DNA of 64,000 nt from Candidatus Micrarchaeia archaeon (GCA_041659465.1 JBAZYD010000001.1:4281-68280), one strand, 5' to 3'; shown: positions 1 to 9,053, counted from the first letter of the stretch. The notes: generated from the sequence alone by a model not told the origin. A program made the numbers and translations.

Positions 1-1
1 A

Positions 2-616
2 GGGGGACTGTGCTCCACCTGCGTGCAGGGCGGCAACAGCTGCAGCCAGGGGGAAACCTGCTGCTCCAATCTGTACTGCGACGGCGACTCGTGCACGGCG
101 TGCCTCCCGGCCACGTACAGGTGCGCAAGCAGCGACGAATGCTGCAGCGGGCTGTACTGCGACCCCGACCTGCAGGCGTGCGCATGCAGGGATGCGGGAG
201 GCAGCTGCAGCAATGGCGAGGCATGCTGCAGCGGGCTGACGTGCAACGGCGCCACCTGCGAGCTGCCATGCACACCGCAGGACAATGAATGCAAGGAAAC
301 GGGCGAATGCTGCAGCGGGCTGTACTGCGACAATGAGCAGAAGATATGCACCTGCAGGGTGGAGGCGGGCGACTGCAGCAGAGGCGAAATTTGCTGCGAC
401 GGGCTGGCGTGCAACTCGAAATTGGCATGCGCCGTCTGCAGCCAGGCGGCTGAAAAATGCGACGGGAACGTCCCGTGCTGCACCGGGCTGTTCTGCGTGG
501 ACAGCGCATGCGCCTCCTGCGTGCCCGAGAAGGGGGATTGCAGCCTGGGCCAAACCTGCTGCGACGGGCTCACTTGCAACGGCGCAGCTTGCGAGATTGG
601 CATTGGCGCGGGGTAG
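2..616 (+). CDS. Cysteine-rich secreted repeat protein, 5'-partial (continues upstream of the window). About six tandem ~33-aa modules, each with six Cys, of the form G-x-C-S-x-G-x-x-C-C-x-G-L-x-C-x(4-7)-C-x-x-C
   Basis: The reading frame is open from nt 2. The repeated motif CCSGLYC / CCDGLTC is visible directly in the translation. No match to a named family that I can assert. Confidence 0.6.
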   Translation, partial: GGLCSTCVQGGNSCSQGETCCSNLYCDGDSCTACLPATYRCASSDECCSGLYCDPDLQACACRDAGGSCSNGEACCSGLTCNGATCELPCTPQDNECKETGECCSGLYCDNEQKICTCRVEAGDCSRGEICCDGLACNSKLACAVCSQAAEKCDGNVPCCTGLFCVDSACASCVPEKGDCSLGQTCCDGLTCNGAACEIGIGAG

Positions 617-651
617 CTCTTATTTTAAACAAAACGGATGATAATGGAAGC

Positions 652-1500
652 ATGAAACTGGGCAGCGTGAAGGAACTAACGCTCATGGCAAACTCCATGC
701 GGCAAGACGTGGTGCGCATGCTATTGCCCGCGGAGTCAGGGCACACCGCAGGCCCGCTTGGAATGGCGGATATTTTTTCGATACTTTTTTTCCACGAGAT
801 GGAATACAATGCATCGCAGCCGGAGTGGGAGGGGCGCGACAGGTTCGTGCTTTCAAACGGGCATATCTGCCCCATACTTTATGCCGCAATGGCGCGCGCG
901 GGCTTTTTCCCCCTAGACGAGCTGTCCACGCTTCGGAAGCTTGGGAGCAGGCTGCAGGGGCACCCGAGCCGCGCGAAGCTGCCGGGAATTGAGAATTCTT
1001 CGGGGCCGCTGGGGGAGGGCCTCGCAATCGCGTGCGGCATGGCGCTTTCAGGCAAGATGGACAAGGCGGAGTGGCGCGTGTACTGCGCGATGTCGGACGG
1101 CGAGCACCAGGAAGGGAGCACATGGGAGGCGGTGATGCTTGCAGCAAAGTACAGGCTTGACAATTTGGTGGCGATTTGCGACAGGAACTACATACAGATA
1201 GACGGCAATACCGAGGACATCATGCCGCTTGGCGACATGGCGGAAAAATACCGCGCGTTCGGCTGGCATGCGATTGATGTGGACGGGCATGACTATGCCG
1301 CGCTGATGGCTGCGCTTGACGAGGCCAGGGCCACAAAGGGAAAGCCCACCATGATAATTGCAAAGACAGTGCCGGGCAAGGGAGTGTCGTTTGCGGAAAA
1401 CAACTACAAATGGCACGGCATGGCGCCCAAGCAGGAGGAAGCGGCAAAGGCGCTTGCGGAACTGGAAGCGGAAAGGGGAAAAATAGGGCAATCAGGATGA
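652..1500 (+). CDS. tktN: Transketolase, N-terminal (thiamine-diphosphate-binding) subunit
   Basis: The motifs GHTAGPLGMADIF, SNGH and GPLGEGL are typical of the transketolase N-terminal half. Its 3' end overlaps the start of the C-terminal subunit gene by ATGA. The first in-frame ATG at 652 follows the upstream gene. Confidence 0.88.
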   Translation: MKLGSVKELTLMANSMRQDVVRMLLPAESGHTAGPLGMADIFSILFFHEMEYNASQPEWEGRDRFVLSNGHICPILYAAMARAGFFPLDELSTLRKLGSRLQGHPSRAKLPGIENSSGPLGEGLAIACGMALSGKMDKAEWRVYCAMSDGEHQEGSTWEAVMLAAKYRLDNLVAICDRNYIQIDGNTEDIMPLGDMAEKYRAFGWHAIDVDGHDYAALMAALDEARATKGKPTMIIAKTVPGKGVSFAENNYKWHGMAPKQEEAAKALAELEAERGKIGQSG

Positions 1501-2541
1501 TTGCAAGAGGCTTCGGGCGGATGCCCGGAGGGGATAGAGGCGGAATGGATGGAATTTGCGCTCAACAATGAAATGCATCTCCTTGACATCAGGTCGCAGA
1601 GCCTGAAAAAGGCAGCCACAAGGAACGGCTTTGGCGAGGCGCTTTGCGAGGTCGGCGCTAAGGATGCGGCAGTGGTCGCGCTTTGCGCGGATGTCTCGGG
1701 CTCTGTGCAGATTTCCGGGTTTGCAAAGAAGTTCCCTGACAGGTTTTTCCAGGTGGGCGTTGCAGAGCAGAACATGGCTTCTGTTGCCGCGGGGCTGGCA
1801 TACTCGGGAAAGAAGCCCTACATCGGCGCTTTCGCCGTGTTTTCCCCGGGCAGGAACTGGGAGCAGATCAGGACCACGATTTGCTATGCGAACGCCAATG
1901 TGAAGATAGAGGGCTCGCATGTCGGGCTTGATGTGGGCGAGGACGGGGCGACCCACCAGGCGCTCGAGGACGTGTCGCTCATGCGGACGCTCCCCAACAT
2001 GGCCGTGGTTTCGCCCTGCGATTTCGAGGAGACGAAAAAGGCGGTCCATGCCGCGTGGAAAACCCCGGGGCCATTCTACATAAGGTGCACCAGGAACGCC
2101 ACGCCGACATTCACCACCCAGGAAACGCCGTTCGCCCTGGGGAAGATGAACCTGCTCTGCGAAGGGGGGGACGTTGCCATTGTTGCGGCTGGAAGGCTGG
2201 CCTACGACGCGCTTCTTGCCGCATATGCGCTTTCGCAGGAGGGCGTGAGCGTTGCTGTTGCAAACATGCACACCATTTCCTCGCCAGATTATGCCGCGCT
2301 TGAAAAGCTGGCGCGCAAGTGCGGCACCATAATCACAGTGGAGGACCACCAGGTGAAAGGGGGGCTGGGAAGTGCGGTGTGCGAGGCGCTTGCTGACACC
2401 TATCCGGCGCGCGTGAGAAGGATGGGGATGCAGATGAAGTTCGGCGAGTCGGGAAAGGGCGGCGAAGTGATGGGGAAGCACGGGCTTTCCAAGGAAGGCA
2501 TTATTAAAACGGCAAGGGAAGAAGTTGCCAGGAAGAAGTAG
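1501..2541 (+). CDS. tktC: Transketolase, C-terminal (pyrimidine-binding) subunit
   Basis: FGEAL...FPDRFFQVGVAEQNM...EDGATHQALEDV is the transketolase pyrimidine-binding and C-terminal domain signature. The split two-gene arrangement is typical of archaea. The start is uncertain (TTG at 1501 or ATG at 1497). Confidence 0.88.
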   Translation: MQEASGGCPEGIEAEWMEFALNNEMHLLDIRSQSLKKAATRNGFGEALCEVGAKDAAVVALCADVSGSVQISGFAKKFPDRFFQVGVAEQNMASVAAGLAYSGKKPYIGAFAVFSPGRNWEQIRTTICYANANVKIEGSHVGLDVGEDGATHQALEDVSLMRTLPNMAVVSPCDFEETKKAVHAAWKTPGPFYIRCTRNATPTFTTQETPFALGKMNLLCEGGDVAIVAAGRLAYDALLAAYALSQEGVSVAVANMHTISSPDYAALEKLARKCGTIITVEDHQVKGGLGSAVCEALADTYPARVRRMGMQMKFGESGKGGEVMGKHGLSKEGIIKTAREEVARKK

Positions 2542-2576
2542 CCGATGGGCGAAACGATGCATTTCGGGGTGGAAAC

Positions 2577-3224
2577 ATGAAGATTTTCCTTGACACGGCG
2601 GACGCTGCCAAGATAAAGAAATATGCCGGGATGGGCATGGTGGACGGGGTCACCACCAACCCCACGCTCATACTCAAGTCAGGAAGGCGCCAGGAGGACG
2701 TCACCAAGGAGATATGCGGGATGGTGGACGGGCCAGTCTCGGCCGAGGGGAACTGCGAGCGCGCCGAGGACATGGTGAAGGAGGGCGAGATTTTCGCCTC
2801 GTGGGCGAAGAATGTGGTGGTGAAGGTGCCCATGACTCTCGAAGGGCTCAAGGCCGTCCGCGCGCTTTCGAAAAAGGGGATAAGGACGAACGTGACGCTC
2901 GTGTTCACCCCTGCGCAGGCGCTTCTTGCCGCCAAGGCAGGCGCAACCTTCGTTTCCCCGTTCGTGGGGAGGCTGGACGACGCAGGCGAGGACGGCATGG
3001 CGCTTGTCGAGGACATAATGGGCATCTACAAAAACTACTCCTGCAAGACGCAGGTGATTGTGGCATCAGTGCGCTCGGTTGCGCACATCGTGCGCGCCGC
3101 AAAGGCAGGGGCGGACATCGCCACCGTGCCGCTGAATGTGATGGACGAGATGTTCGCGCACAAGCTGACGGATGCCGGCATAAAAAAATTCCACGACGAC
3201 TGGGAAGCCGCGAAGAAAAAGTAG
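2577..3224 (+). CDS. tal: Transaldolase / fructose-6-phosphate aldolase (short TalC/FsaA type)
   Basis: The 215-aa product starts MKIFLDTAD...TTNP and contains the Schiff-base Lys region VVVKVP, as in archaeal-type transaldolases. It is adjacent to tkt. Confidence 0.88.
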   Translation: MKIFLDTADAAKIKKYAGMGMVDGVTTNPTLILKSGRRQEDVTKEICGMVDGPVSAEGNCERAEDMVKEGEIFASWAKNVVVKVPMTLEGLKAVRALSKKGIRTNVTLVFTPAQALLAAKAGATFVSPFVGRLDDAGEDGMALVEDIMGIYKNYSCKTQVIVASVRSVAHIVRAAKAGADIATVPLNVMDEMFAHKLTDAGIKKFHDDWEAAKKK

Positions 3225-3321
3225 GCGGCAAGCAGGGGGCGGCTGCGGATGGGGCGGCGCAGTGAAGGAATGCCTGCCGGCAGTGGCAATCGTTTTTAAA
3301 GCAGCCTGAGAAAGGGCTTCC

Positions 3322-4692
3322 ATGAAACCGGACAATGGCGCGAAAGCGCGCGCTGTTTTTGCAAAGGCGCTTCCAAGGATAACCCCCAGCAGGCGCGAGG
3401 CCGCGGAATGCTTTGCGACCGCGGCAGCGATGGCAAAAAAGCTCGAGCGCGTGCTGCCCCCGGCAGTCGAGGTGCGCCTTGCAGGCTCGCTTGCCAAGGG
3501 CACTGCCCTCGCGGGCAACAACGAGTTCGACATCTTCATGCTTTTCCCGCGCCATTACTCCCACCATGAGATGACCATGATGGGCATGCAGTATGCCAGG
3601 CGCGCGTTCGCAGGCATGCGCGTAGAGGCGCGCTATGCGGAGCACCCATACCTGCAGGTGTTTTACCGGGACTACCATGCGGACATCGTGCCGGCATACA
3701 GGATAGAGCGCATCTCGGAGCGCGGCTCGTCGGTCGACCGCTCGCAGCTGCACACGGCGTACATCAATGCCAAGTTGGACGCGGCTGCGAAGGGGGACGT
3801 CAGGCTGCTCAAGCGCTTCATGAAGAACTTCGGCATTTACGGCGCGGAGCTGCGCGTCGAGGGGTTCTCGGGCTACCTTTGCGAGCTCCTCATCGTGCAC
3901 CACGGCTCGCTTTTTTCGCTCATGTCCGCAGTTTCGCAGTGGCATGCTCCGGTCGTGGACACCGAGAAGCACCTGAGCGAGGACGCTGCAAGGCGGAAGT
4001 TCCCGCAGGCGCCCCTCATCGTGGTGGACCCCACCGACCCGAACAGGAATGTCGCCGCGGTGGTGGCGCACACGTCGCTCTCGCGGTTCATATTCGAGTG
4101 CCGCCGCTTCCTCGCCGCGCCATCCGAGAAATTCTTCTTCGCCAAGAAAACAGTGAGGAGCCCGCGGGAAATCGCCAGGGCGATGAAGGAGCGGGGGACA
4201 ATGTGCCTTGCCGTGCGCTTTCCCGCGCCCAAAGTGGTGCCGGACGTGCTTTGGCCGCAGCTTAGGAAGACCGCGCAGGCGCTTTCCAGGAGGCTGTCCG
4301 AGCAGGGCTTTTCGGTGTTCGGCTCCTACCATTGGAGCGACGGGGCGGAGTGCGCCGTGCTTTTCGAGATTGACAGGTGGGAGCTCCCCGCGGTGGCAAA
4401 GGCGATTGGCCCGTCCGTGCGGTTTGCGCGCGACTGCGAGTCTTTCGTGAAGAAGCACAAGTCGGCGCTCAACATGCACATAGAGCACGACAGGATGGTG
4501 GCGGTGGAGATCCGCAAGGTGAGGCAGGCGCGCGCCGCGCTTTTGCATGCATGCCGCCACCCGCACGGCGCAGGCATACCCGGGAACATGGAGCATGCGA
4601 TGGCGCGCTGCGAGGTTGCCGGGGCGGAAAGGCTGCTTTCGAAAAAGTACGCCGAGTTCCTGTCCGACTATTTCTTCGCGAAAATCGCCTGA
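3322..4692 (+). CDS. cca: CCA-adding enzyme (tRNA nucleotidyltransferase, archaeal class I)
   Basis: GSLAKGTAL...DIFMLFP is the class-I nucleotidyltransferase G-S/D-x-D motif. Length (~456 aa) and overall layout match archaeal Cca. Confidence 0.8.
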   Translation: MKPDNGAKARAVFAKALPRITPSRREAAECFATAAAMAKKLERVLPPAVEVRLAGSLAKGTALAGNNEFDIFMLFPRHYSHHEMTMMGMQYARRAFAGMRVEARYAEHPYLQVFYRDYHADIVPAYRIERISERGSSVDRSQLHTAYINAKLDAAAKGDVRLLKRFMKNFGIYGAELRVEGFSGYLCELLIVHHGSLFSLMSAVSQWHAPVVDTEKHLSEDAARRKFPQAPLIVVDPTDPNRNVAAVVAHTSLSRFIFECRRFLAAPSEKFFFAKKTVRSPREIARAMKERGTMCLAVRFPAPKVVPDVLWPQLRKTAQALSRRLSEQGFSVFGSYHWSDGAECAVLFEIDRWELPAVAKAIGPSVRFARDCESFVKKHKSALNMHIEHDRMVAVEIRKVRQARAALLHACRHPHGAGIPGNMEHAMARCEVAGAERLLSKKYAEFLSDYFFAKIA

Positions 4693-4747
4693 CGCACCCA
4701 TTAGCTTTTTATTATTTGGATGGAAATCCGTTGCAGAGGCGATTGTG

Positions 4748-5587
4748 ATGAGATTTTTTGCGTTCGTTCTGGCATTTGCGGCATTTGCGCTTGGCATGGC
4801 ATATGCGTACGGGAGCCCCTGCGCGGACGGGACGCCATACGGGCAGTGCTCCAGCGCCAACCCTGGCAGCTGGTGCACAGGGATTGCGCAATCCCCGAGC
4901 CTGGGGCTGCTGCTTTCCAAGTGCCCCTGCTCCAAATACAACGGCTATGTCCAGGAAGGGACCGGCGATGACGCGACCTGCGTGCAGGCAAAGTGCGCTG
5001 ACGGGACGATGAACGGGCAATGCTCGGCAGTGACCAAGCCAAAGGTGTGCGTGGGCGGAACGACCTATTCCGACAACGCCACGAAGTGCGGCTGCCCGGC
5101 AGGCAAGAGGGCGGCTGCAGGCGGGATATTCTGCGAGTTCATACCATGCACGGACGGGGACGTGAGCGTGCCTGAAGGGACGTGCTCCGCAAAGAAGCAG
5201 AAGAAGTGCGTGGGAGGGGTGCTGGTGGACAAGGCATCCGAATGCGGCTGCGCGACAGGCCAGACGCTGCAGGGCGAAACCTGCGGCGTGGTGTGCCTGG
5301 ACGGCACAAAGGACGGCGCGTGCTCCGCCACCAAGCCGAAGGAGTGCACGAACGGATACCTGCTTGACAACGCGGTGAAATGCGGCTGCCCCGAAGGGCT
5401 TAGCGCAGTGGGCAAGCAGTGCACCAACTCGATATTGGGGAGCACGAACGGCGCCGACCTGCTGGGCGGCGCCGGCAATGGCACGGGCGTGGGCGCAGGG
5501 GGTTCAAGCGCGCTTTCATGCTGCTGCCTGCCGACCGCGCTCATAGGCATCATAGGCGGGTTTGCGTTCTTCAGGAAGAATGGGTAG
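4748..5587 (+). CDS. Secreted cysteine-rich repeat protein with a C-terminal membrane anchor
   Basis: N-terminal signal peptide MRFFAFVLAFAAFALGMA. About four ~45-aa modules of the form C-x-DGT-x-x-GQCS...KPK-x-C-x-GG...KCGCP-x-G. The C-terminus reads ...SALSCCCLPTALIGIIGGFAFFRKNG, a hydrophobic helix followed by a basic tail. Confidence 0.65.
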   Translation: MRFFAFVLAFAAFALGMAYAYGSPCADGTPYGQCSSANPGSWCTGIAQSPSLGLLLSKCPCSKYNGYVQEGTGDDATCVQAKCADGTMNGQCSAVTKPKVCVGGTTYSDNATKCGCPAGKRAAAGGIFCEFIPCTDGDVSVPEGTCSAKKQKKCVGGVLVDKASECGCATGQTLQGETCGVVCLDGTKDGACSATKPKECTNGYLLDNAVKCGCPEGLSAVGKQCTNSILGSTNGADLLGGAGNGTGVGAGGSSALSCCCLPTALIGIIGGFAFFRKNG

Positions 5588-5786
5588 GCTGCCTCTTTCT
5601 GTTTTTCTTTTCCTGTTTTTTACCCGTTTTGTTTTTCCCTTTTTGCTTCTCTCTTTCCCTGCATTGCCTTTTCCTTTCTTGCCTTTCTTTCCCTGCTTTC
5701 CATTCCGTTTTGTTTTTATCTTTCTTGCTTTTCCTGCTTTTTATTCTGCATCCTCGGCTTTGCTTTTTTCCCCGTCGGCAGGCGCA
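5588..5786 (+). repeat. ~190-bp polypyrimidine (C/T) tract on the + strand, between convergent genes
   Basis: More than 85% C+T across ~190 bp (ctttctgtttttcttttcctgtttttta...ctttcttgcttttcctgc), inside an otherwise ~60% GC, balanced-composition genome. Confidence 0.9.
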
Positions 5787-6958
5787 TCGCCCTCGCTGAT
5801 TTTCCTTTTCAGGGAGTAGGGCTTGCCGTTGGAGTCGGTCCCCACGAGGTCCAGCTCAAGCCTTGAGATGGCCGCCTTGTCCGCCGGCGAAAAGGCAAGG
5901 CGGATGCCCTGCTCCCCGCCCTTTATCTTGGTGCGCGAGGACAGGGATGCTTTTTTTCCTGCGCCTTCCTGCGAAAAGTACGTGACGGACGATGCCGTCT
6001 CCAGGATGCCTCCGCTCTCGCCCGTGTTCTTGAAGGAAAGCAGCAGCGCCCCTGACTCGAATGCTGCGCTGCCCCGCCTGTATTGCAGGCCCATGGTGGA
6101 CTTGACCTGGGAGGACAGGGAAACCGGGTTGCTCTGCGCCGCCTGCCTGTCCATATAGATTGCGTTTTCCTTCAGGATGGCGGTGAACGACAGCATCCCG
6201 CGCGCAGCGTCCTCCGGCAGGTCGAACGCCACCTTGATTTTTGATTCCCCCTCAGGCTCGATTGTGCAGGTGCGCGGCTCGGCTTTCGCGGCAATTGTGC
6301 TTTTCTGGGAGTCCAGTATGGTGGATTCGAGCCCGACCGCCATGGGCGATGTGGACGCGTTCTTCCCGACCAGCAAGACCTGGACCTGCTTCTGCCCGAC
6401 TGACAGGGAAACCGGCAGGCCTGCGGCCACTGCAAGCGAAAGGCTTGACTGCTCGACGGGCTTTGGAAGGGGCTTTGGCTTTTTCTTCATGTCGGTTTTC
6501 CCGCGCTGCAGCAGGCGCACGGAATAGGCGGCCTGCTCGTCCTTTTTCTTCTGCGCCGGGGCGGGAAACTGCTTTTTCTTCCTGCCCACAGGTGTGAATA
6601 TCTGCAATTCCTCGCCCATCACCCTGTTCTTGGGCTTGTCATTACCCCACCTTCTTTTTTTTCTGAGCTGCTCGGACTCCACGCGCATCTTGGCGACCTG
6701 CAGCAGGTCCTGCCTGCGCTCCTCGCCCGTGCGCTCTTCGCGCCCGCGCTGCAGCCTTGCGGCATCGCGCGCAAGATAGCCCTGGTAGAGCAGGTGCTTC
6801 CTCTCGTCGGCCTGCCTTTGGCGCCGCTTTTCCTCCTCCATGCGCTTTTTCATCTCCTCCTGCCTGAGCTGGTTGTAGCATGTCATGCAGTAGTCGTGCC
6901 CGCCGAGGTCCGCGCCCGACTCGTATGTTGTCCTGCACTTGTCGCACCGCCTTGTCAT
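5741..6958 (-). CDS. Hypothetical protein with an N-terminal zinc ribbon, a highly charged coiled region and a C-terminal globular domain
   Basis: The N-terminus reads MTRRCDKCRT...HDYCMTCYN (C-x2-C...C-x2-C). A K/R/E-rich segment follows. Alternative TTG start at 6979. Confidence 0.55.
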   Translation of the reverse strand: MTRRCDKCRTTYESGADLGGHDYCMTCYNQLRQEEMKKRMEEEKRRQRQADERKHLLYQGYLARDAARLQRGREERTGEERRQDLLQVAKMRVESEQLRKKRRWGNDKPKNRVMGEELQIFTPVGRKKKQFPAPAQKKKDEQAAYSVRLLQRGKTDMKKKPKPLPKPVEQSSLSLAVAAGLPVSLSVGQKQVQVLLVGKNASTSPMAVGLESTILDSQKSTIAAKAEPRTCTIEPEGESKIKVAFDLPEDAARGMLSFTAILKENAIYMDRQAAQSNPVSLSSQVKSTMGLQYRRGSAAFESGALLLSFKNTGESGGILETASSVTYFSQEGAGKKASLSSRTKIKGGEQGIRLAFSPADKAAISRLELDLVGTDSNGKPYSLKRKISEGDAPADGEKSKAEDAE

Positions 6959-7380
6959 GGCAGGGGCATGCGCGCCCAAGGATTAAAAAACGCGCATGTC
7001 CCAAAAGGGCGCACAGGGGCGTTGGCTCTGCTTTTTATATATTTTGCCTTCTATCAACCGTCAGAGTCCCGCCATAACTCAACCTGGTAGAGTGCTTGGC
7101 TGTAGTAAAACAACGGCCGTCGGCGATTGTGCTGGCAGTCATCAAGATGTTGTGTGTTCAAGAACCCTTTTTGCTCCTCCCGCAAGCGCTCGTCGCAAAA
7201 AGCGCTCCCGGAAAAGCAAATGTGCGAAAAGGCGTTGAACAAATCACACTGGCGGGATTTTATATTCTTCCTTTAAACAGAAAGGGAAGCGCGCGCCAAA
7301 TCCTCGTGGATTTGTCGATCCAGGCGAACGGCGATCCGTTCGCCTGCTCCACCCATTTTGCCCGCAGGCAAAATGGCTGT

Positions 7381-7452
7381 GCCTCGATGGTGTAGTGGTT
7401 AGCATCCCAGATTGTCGATCTGGTGACCCGGGTTCGAATCCCGGTCGGGGCG
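7381..7452 (+). tRNA. tRNA-Asp (anticodon GTC)
   Basis: Manually folded cloverleaf. Acceptor stem GCCTCGA/TCGGGGC. Anticodon arm CCAGA-TTGTCGA-TCTGG. T-arm CCGGG-TTCGAAT-CCCGG. CCA is not encoded. Confidence 0.85.
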
Positions 7453-7510
7453 TTCCAGGCTTTTTTTCATTATTTTACGGCGTAGAGATTGCAGTGGGTT
7501 CGAATCCCCG

Positions 7511-7596
7511 TTTGGGCGTGGATTTACAAGACCATGTGCATTTTGCGCAGCAAAATGCATCAGACATCGAACTGAGGTTCGATGCTGAACGCCCAG
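7511..7596 (+). ncRNA. Structured element, copy 1 (two hairpins: GCATTTTGC-GCA-GCAAAATGC and CATCGAAC-TGAG-GTTCGATG), preceded by a degenerate tRNA 3'-like fragment (GGGTTCGAATCCCC)
   Basis: The core ACCATGTGCATTTTGC...GCAAAATGCATCAGACATC-hairpin-GATGCTGAACGC is shared with copy 2 at 9240-9338. The second hairpin shows compensatory changes between the copies. Confidence 0.5.
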
Positions 7597-7700
7597 CCAG
7601 ACTATTTTAATTTTACATCTGCAACAGTGCAACAGGATTATTTAATACATATACATACATTTTTAAACACTTGCATGCATATCGAAATAGAGGAGAGACA

Positions 7701-9053
7701 ATGCAGAAGATTAGTGTACGCGAGAAAATATCATCTGAGCAAGCAATTCGGCACCCGTGGCAAACTGCACGGAAATACAACAAATTGGCCAATGAAAATA
7801 CACAATTAAAGGTGCAACTGAAACGAGATGCGACAAAGCCTTCCAAAATGTCCCCCAACTGGGCATTTTGGTACCCTCAGAGGACTGCACGGATAATCAA
7901 CAGCCTAATTGAAGAACAGAGCTTGCTAAAAGAAAAGATTGCGGAACAAACGTTCCAGTCTGTCCCTAAGAGTGAGCCCATATCTGATATGACTATCGTG
8001 AAAGATGCCACCCCTCAAAACGTTTTGAAAAATGTTGTGCCCGAAGGAATGACCCCTCACGAACAATGGGCCCATCTTTTAGGTTGGCGTATGCCTACTG
8101 TAAATCTCGAGAGCATGAAACTGCTTGCCTCGGGGGATACTAGGCTATCCACAGAAGAAATAATCGCCCTTTACACTGGCTGGCGCATTTGCGATGCCAT
8201 ACCTGATAAGGAAAAGGCACGGAGAATTGTGGAAAATGCCAATTCCTGGTTGCCCAAGATAAATCAGCAGAAAATCAGCGAGAATAGCCAGATAGCTTAC
8301 TTGATGGCAGCCATGCTCACTCTTCGGGATGCAAATGCAGTCAAATCGAATTTTAATAACTACGTGCCAGTATCTGACCAGCTATTTGTCACTATGGAAG
8401 TTGGAACCACTTTTTACGAGGCAAACATGATAAGTGGTGGCAAATATTTCATATCAAGAGACATCCGAACCAGCCAATTGTGGGCTTTTGAGCTTCCGGA
8501 AAGATATTTCGGACCTGACGGAAACGAGATTGACATTGTTAAAGAAATCAGTGGAAAGCAAAAATCTGACATATCGGCAGTCATGACAACGCCGCTTGGC
8601 AATGTAAAGGGAATAAATGCACGGGCAATAAAGACAGAGGATCTCCAAAAACTAGGCCAGAACCCGGGCGCATGCGTATATGTTCTGGACATTGACCCGT
8701 CGGCTTGGCGGACGTTCATTGTAGATGAGAGAAACAGCGAGGCTACTGGATGCAGCATCCAATATGATGAAAATGGAAGGCTCACCCACTACGAAGGAGA
8801 AACAGGTGGCTCTTTGTCATCTCCCTTCTATATGCAATTATCATACAGAAGTGTTAGCGCTAATAATCCTCGACCGAGCTGGCTCGGACTTCTTGTGGCA
8901 GGGAAGCATTATGATAATTATTACGCTCACGAAACTGCAGTTAAGAGGTCACGGGTATCGGACAAGTTTATTTTTTCAGCCGCTCACCCGCAGTCATTGC
9001 CCATGGACGTAATCATTGATACCGGAAAACTCAGCCGGAGCCGCTCAGACTGA
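7701..9053 (+). CDS. Hypothetical protein (orphan, low-GC gene)
   Basis: 450-aa ORF with much lower GC than its surroundings. A GGAGG-like RBS sits before the ATG at 7701. No recognisable motifs. Confidence 0.55.
   Translation: MQKISVREKISSEQAIRHPWQTARKYNKLANENTQLKVQLKRDATKPSKMSPNWAFWYPQRTARIINSLIEEQSLLKEKIAEQTFQSVPKSEPISDMTIVKDATPQNVLKNVVPEGMTPHEQWAHLLGWRMPTVNLESMKLLASGDTRLSTEEIIALYTGWRICDAIPDKEKARRIVENANSWLPKINQQKISENSQIAYLMAAMLTLRDANAVKSNFNNYVPVSDQLFVTMEVGTTFYEANMISGGKYFISRDIRTSQLWAFELPERYFGPDGNEIDIVKEISGKQKSDISAVMTTPLGNVKGINARAIKTEDLQKLGQNPGACVYVLDIDPSAWRTFIVDERNSEATGCSIQYDENGRLTHYEGETGGSLSSPFYMQLSYRSVSANNPRPSWLGLLVAGKHYDNYYAHETAVKRSRVSDKFIFSAAHPQSLPMDVIIDTGKLSRSRSD

Noticed and set aside
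2905-4941. 678-aa ORF on the minus strand antisense to tal/cca. Similar long antisense ORFs occur at 1492..2562(-), 11371..12378(+), 15798..16817(+), 17301..18488(+), 23526..25238(-), 25495..26328(-), 28038..29360(-), 58646..59361(-) and 59975..60583(-).
   Set aside because: Arg/His/Pro/Leu-rich composition typical of antisense frames in high-GC DNA. Each is antisense to, or out of frame with, a gene with clear family motifs.
5419-5819. ORFs 5419..5799(+) and 5562..5819(+) encoding Phe/Leu/Ser/Pro-rich low-complexity peptides
   Set aside because: They are a direct consequence of the polypyrimidine tract. No start context, and they overlap real convergent genes.
7040-7270. tRNA-like D-arm (ACTC-AACCTGGTA-GAGT) at ~7065 with a possible matching acceptor 3' strand (TGGCGGG) ~190 nt downstream. 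Considered as a tRNA with a giant intron or a split tRNA.
   Set aside because: No anticodon 3' stem or T-arm could be found. The 7-mer acceptor match is expected by chance. Treated as coincidence.
7466-7520. Possible second tRNA or permuted tRNA right after tRNA-Asp (GGGTTCGAATCCCC T-loop-like)
   Set aside because: The T-stem is only 3 bp and there are no D or anticodon arms. Interpreted as a decayed tRNA 3' fragment (see the integration finding).
7395-7632. ORFs 7395..7610(+) and 7399..7632(-) overlapping tRNA-Asp and structured-repeat copy 1. Likewise 9153..9353(+) and 9076..9327(-) over copy 2.
   Set aside because: They translate the tRNA and the hairpin repeat. The shared peptides (HVHFAQQNASDI / RCLMHFAAQNAHG) are simply the repeat read in two frames.
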